Shown here: in pieces, positions 61,264-64,000 of the stretch
Numbering within the stretch: the stretch's first letter is position 1
Layout of the letters: each line of letters opens with the position of its first letter
NCBI GenBank assembly: GCA_051745395.1
Contig: JBNJEA010000001.1
Location: 2,201 to 66,200, forward strand
Source of the DNA: Thermodesulfobacteriota bacterium
GTDB taxonomy: Bacteria; Desulfobacterota; Desulfobacteria; Desulfobacterales; Desulfosalsimonadaceae
Length of the DNA stretch: 64,000 nt
Reading direction: 5' to 3'
The notes under the pieces: generated by a model
What the model was told of the DNA's origin: nothing
Database searches by the model: none
What the model saw: the letters and a program-made list of their open reading frames with translations, nothing else
Made by a program: the position numbers and the translations under genes

Positions 61264-64000
61264 TCATCACCTGCGAAGCCTGCGGAACAACCTACAAATT
61301 GAACGCCAGTCTTCTGCAATCAACCGGTTCGACGGTGCGGTGTTCCAACTGTGAACATGTTTTCGTGGCTTATCCGCAGGGTGCCGGAAAGGAAAAACCC
61401 GCTGAATTTCATACAGATACCGATTCTTCCCAAAAGACTTACGACCCGCCCATCACCGAAGATATGTATAAAGAGGCCGAGGAAACCGAAAGGGAACTCG
61501 ATGCCATTTTTGACGATGAAGACGAAGAGGATGATGATGGTGCGCCGGGTGCGGAACTACCCGAAAACATAACGGAAACATCCCCGGAAGACGCTGCCGG
61601 GGGCCGTGAGGCAACAAGCGGGACCGAAACGGAAACAGCCGATTTCGACGCCGGCGATTTGAGTTTTTTGGATGAAACCGAACCCGCCGGCAAAAAACCC
61701 GCGGACCAGGAAATATCCGGGATTGGAGCGCCATTTTCAGACCAGGGCAGCCGGACGGCGGGATCGGAAACGGCCGGATCTGAATCTGAATCTGAAGATG
61801 CCTGGGATGCCGGGGTGGAAATGCATCTCGATGACCTGGAGTCCGAGCAAGACATCGTGGGTCTGGATTCACTGACCGCAGAAGCCGAGCCGGTGATGGA
61901 GCTCGACGATCTGGGCCCTGCCGCTGCAGAAGATGACACGGTGGAAGAGGAAACCGTTAATCTGGGGGATTTGGCCACAACCGCCATGGAAGAGGGCGAT
62001 TCCGTCGATCTTTCCGAACTGAGCCGGACGGCCATGGAGGGCGAAACTGTTGGTCTCGACGATATCGGCCGCACCGCCGCAGAAGGCGATTCGGTCGATC
62101 TCTCCGAGTTGAGCCGGACGGCCATGGAGGGCGAAACCGTTGGTTTTGATGATGTAAGCCGCACCGAAGCAGAGGGAGACTCGGTTGCCCCAGGCGACCT
62201 GGAAAGCCCTGCTGCCGGGCAGGAAAGCGTTGCGCTCGATGAGTTGGGCCGCACCGCCGTGGAAGATGATACCGTAGGAGAAGACACCGTTAGCTTTGAT
62301 GAGCTGGCCACGACATCGGTCGAAGAAGCCGACGAATCCGCGGGCCTCGATGAAGCCGATCGTACCGCAGTGGAAGGCGAGTCAACGGGTGTTTTTGACC
62401 TGGATGATTTCGAAGCCGAGCCGACCGCCGAAGCGGCAGAGACGGCAGAAGACGAAGCGGATCTGGATTTTTCGGAGGCCTTCGACGATCTGTCAGACGA
62501 TCTGTCAACGCAAGCCGAGGCAACCTCGGAGGAAGAAATCGAGCCGGTCGAAGATCTGGAAGAGGGGGTTCAACCGCTGGATACGCAAGCGGAGGAACCG
62601 GAAGCGCAAACCGAAGAAAAAGGAGGATTTGTATCGGAATTGGGGGATTTTGATCAACAACCGGAGAGCGAAAAACCCCCGAAAAAAGACAAGGACACCG
62701 GCGAAGAAAAGGACAAAGCGACATCGCCGGAGGGTGAAGACGAAGATACGGATGAATTTGATCTTGATTTCGAGCTTGACCTGGCGTCCGAAGACGGGGG
62801 TGAGGCTGCCGAAGCCGCATCAGAAGATGCAGCGCACGACCTGGAGGAGACAGATCTTGATTTCGACGACATGGAGACAGATCTCAACGAACAGGCGGAA
62901 ACACCGGCAACCGGCCCCGGTCAAAGTGAACCAAAATCGACCACCGAAGAATTTGACCTGAATTTGGAGGAAACAGCGGAAGAATCGGAACTGGGTCTGG
63001 ATTTCGACCTGGATGAGTTTGACCTGGACCTGGAAGAATCCGAGGAAACCGCAAAAACCGGTGACGCAGACGAATTCGACCTGGATTTGGAAGAAGAAGG
63101 CGCAGCGGAAGCTGAAGAAGGCGAGGCCGACGCCGGTGAATTTTCACTGGATCTGGACCTCGACGCCGACGAAGAAGGCGTTGCGGCAGAAAGCGCCGGT
63201 GCGGAGGAGGCGGAATTCGAGCTCGACCTCGACGTCGAAGACGAAGGCGAAGCGGCTCCGGCTGCCAGCGGCGCCACCGCTGAAGCCGAAGACGAGTTCG
63301 AGCTGGACCTGGATCTCGGCGCCGATGAAGCGGCCGAAACCGCCGGCGAAGAAACCGGGGCGACCGATTCGTTCGACCTCGACCTCGGTTTTGACGCCGA
63401 CGCCGCAGCGGAAGCTGAAGAAGGCGAGGCCGACGCCGACGAATTTTCACTGGATCTGGACCTCGACGCCGACGAAGAAGGCGTTGCGGCAGAAAGTGCC
63501 GGTGCGGAGGAAGCGGAATTCGACCTCGACCTCGACGTCGAAGACGAAGGCGAAGCGGCTCCGGCTGCCAGCGGCGCCACCGCTGAAGCCGAAGACGAGT
63601 TCGAGCTGGACCTGGATCTCGGCGCCGATGAAGCGGCCGAAACCGCCGGCGAAGAAACCGGGGCGACCGATTCGTTCGACCTCGACCTCGGTTTTGACGC
63701 CGACGCCGCAGCGGAAGCTGAAGAAGGCGAGGCCGACGCCGACGAATTTTCACTGGATCTGGACCTCGACGCCGACGAAGAAGGCGTTGCGGCAGAAAGC
63801 GCCGGCGGGCAAGCAGACGAATTCGACCTCGACCTGGAAGAAGAAGGCGGGGCACCGGCCGGGGCAACGGCGGAAGTCGAGGATTTTGAATTGGACTTGG
63901 ACCTCGGCGAGGAAGAAGCCGGGGCGGCCGAAGAAGAGACATCGACTGCTGCCGCTGAGTCCGCCGGGCAGGACGAATTCGATCTGACCGACGTGGAAGA
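61260..64000 (+). CDS. MJ0042-type zinc-ribbon protein with a giant acidic repeat region (5' partial; continues past the right edge)
   Basis: Not in the ORF track (no stop inside the window). ATG 61260 overlaps the hpt stop (ATGA), with GAGGAAG upstream. My hand translation found no stop through 64000 (913 codons). N-terminus MIITCEACGTTYKLNASLLQSTGSTVRCSNCEHVF, then Asp/Glu/Ala/Gly/Thr-rich sequence with many EFDLDL-type motifs. Confidence 0.75.
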   Translation, partial: MIITCEACGTTYKLNASLLQSTGSTVRCSNCEHVFVAYPQGAGKEKPAEFHTDTDSSQKTYDPPITEDMYKEAEETERELDAIFDDEDEEDDDGAPGAELPENITETSPEDAAGGREATSGTETETADFDAGDLSFLDETEPAGKKPADQEISGIGAPFSDQGSRTAGSETAGSESESEDAWDAGVEMHLDDLESEQDIVGLDSLTAEAEPVMELDDLGPAAAEDDTVEEETVNLGDLATTAMEEGDSVDLSELSRTAMEGETVGLDDIGRTAAEGDSVDLSELSRTAMEGETVGFDDVSRTEAEGDSVAPGDLESPAAGQESVALDELGRTAVEDDTVGEDTVSFDELATTSVEEADESAGLDEADRTAVEGESTGVFDLDDFEAEPTAEAAETAEDEADLDFSEAFDDLSDDLSTQAEATSEEEIEPVEDLEEGVQPLDTQAEEPEAQTEEKGGFVSELGDFDQQPESEKPPKKDKDTGEEKDKATSPEGEDEDTDEFDLDFELDLASEDGGEAAEAASEDAAHDLEETDLDFDDMETDLNEQAETPATGPGQSEPKSTTEEFDLNLEETAEESELGLDFDLDEFDLDLEESEETAKTGDADEFDLDLEEEGAAEAEEGEADAGEFSLDLDLDADEEGVAAESAGAEEAEFELDLDVEDEGEAAPAASGATAEAEDEFELDLDLGADEAAETAGEETGATDSFDLDLGFDADAAAEAEEGEADADEFSLDLDLDADEEGVAAESAGAEEAEFDLDLDVEDEGEAAPAASGATAEAEDEFELDLDLGADEAAETAGEETGATDSFDLDLGFDADAAAEAEEGEADADEFSLDLDLDADEEGVAAESAGGQADEFDLDLEEEGGAPAGATAEVEDFELDLDLGEEEAGAAEEETSTAAAESAGQDEFDLTDVE
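61995..62174 (+). repeat. Intragenic 90-bp direct duplication (two 15-residue sub-units each)
   Basis: GDSVDLSELSRTAMEGETVGLDDIGRTAAE followed by GDSVDLSELSRTAMEGETVGFDDVSRTEAE. Period of 90 nt measured from 61995 to 62085. Confidence 0.8.
63102..63805 (+). repeat. Intragenic 303-bp tandem repeat, about 2.3 near-identical copies
   Basis: Copies start at 63102, 63405 and 63708 (GCAGCGGAAGCTGAAGAAGGCGAGGCCGACGCC...), with only a handful of substitutions between copies 1 and 2. Copy 3 diverges after about 63805. Confidence 0.85.

Noticed and set aside
61439-63987. Long track ORFs over the acidic repeat region: 61439-62311 -, 62290-62820 -, 62296-62961 +, 62884-63942 -, 62921-63580 -, 63013-63987 +.
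   Set aside because: Their translations are monotonous Arg/Pro-, Lys/Thr- or Ser/Ala-rich strings, as expected from reading GA(A/C/G)-rich repeats out of frame or in reverse. The frame from 61260 has a start, a Shine-Dalgarno, a recognisable zinc-ribbon N-terminus and no stops.

Overview
GC-rich chromosomal segment that reads like the core genome of a sulfate-reducing Desulfobacterota (Desulfobacterales-like) bacterium. I saw no transposase, integrase, phage gene, CRISPR array or rRNA. About 57 protein genes are supportable, mostly housekeeping. In window order they are: rng (partial) with its radical-SAM neighbour, dapL, pabBC/pabA, sirC-ccsA-hemA, dksA-PHP-rnc-radical SAM, an ADP-forming acyl-CoA synthetase and PBP1A. 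Then come a cbiM-(micro-ORF)-cbiQ-cbiO ECF metal importer, dnaN-gyrB, a PAS histidine kinase with an HD-GYP response regulator, asnS, and the complete dsrMKJOP membrane complex. The last third holds rplU-rpmA-obg-proB-proA-nadD-rsfS-gpmI, two tRNA-Ser genes, hsp20, mnmG, a DnaJ/CbpA-like protein and hpt. Two real frames are missing from the ORF track because they run off the window. One is the RNase G N-terminus (1-216, minus). The other is a zinc-ribbon protein of at least 913 codons (61260-64000, plus) whose body is a hyper-acidic array of F-x-L-D-L motifs, including a near-perfect 303-bp tandem repeat; every ORF the track lists there is a shadow of it. The other stretch not explained by genes is a 1.37-kb non-coding island (19820-21188). 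It carries a good sigma-54 promoter match, a 36-nt perfect palindrome, phased TGACA repeats and one copy of a roughly 90-bp element that recurs at 27688-27778. I did not find a clear-cut novel multi-gene system. The best follow-up candidates are the acidic repeat protein, the non-coding island, the micro-ORF in the cbi operon, the structured rplU-rpmA spacer, and the HsdR_N-like/HEAT/cNMP-PilZ genes appended to the nadD-rsfS-gpmI operon. All family calls come from motif recognition by eye; no searches were run.
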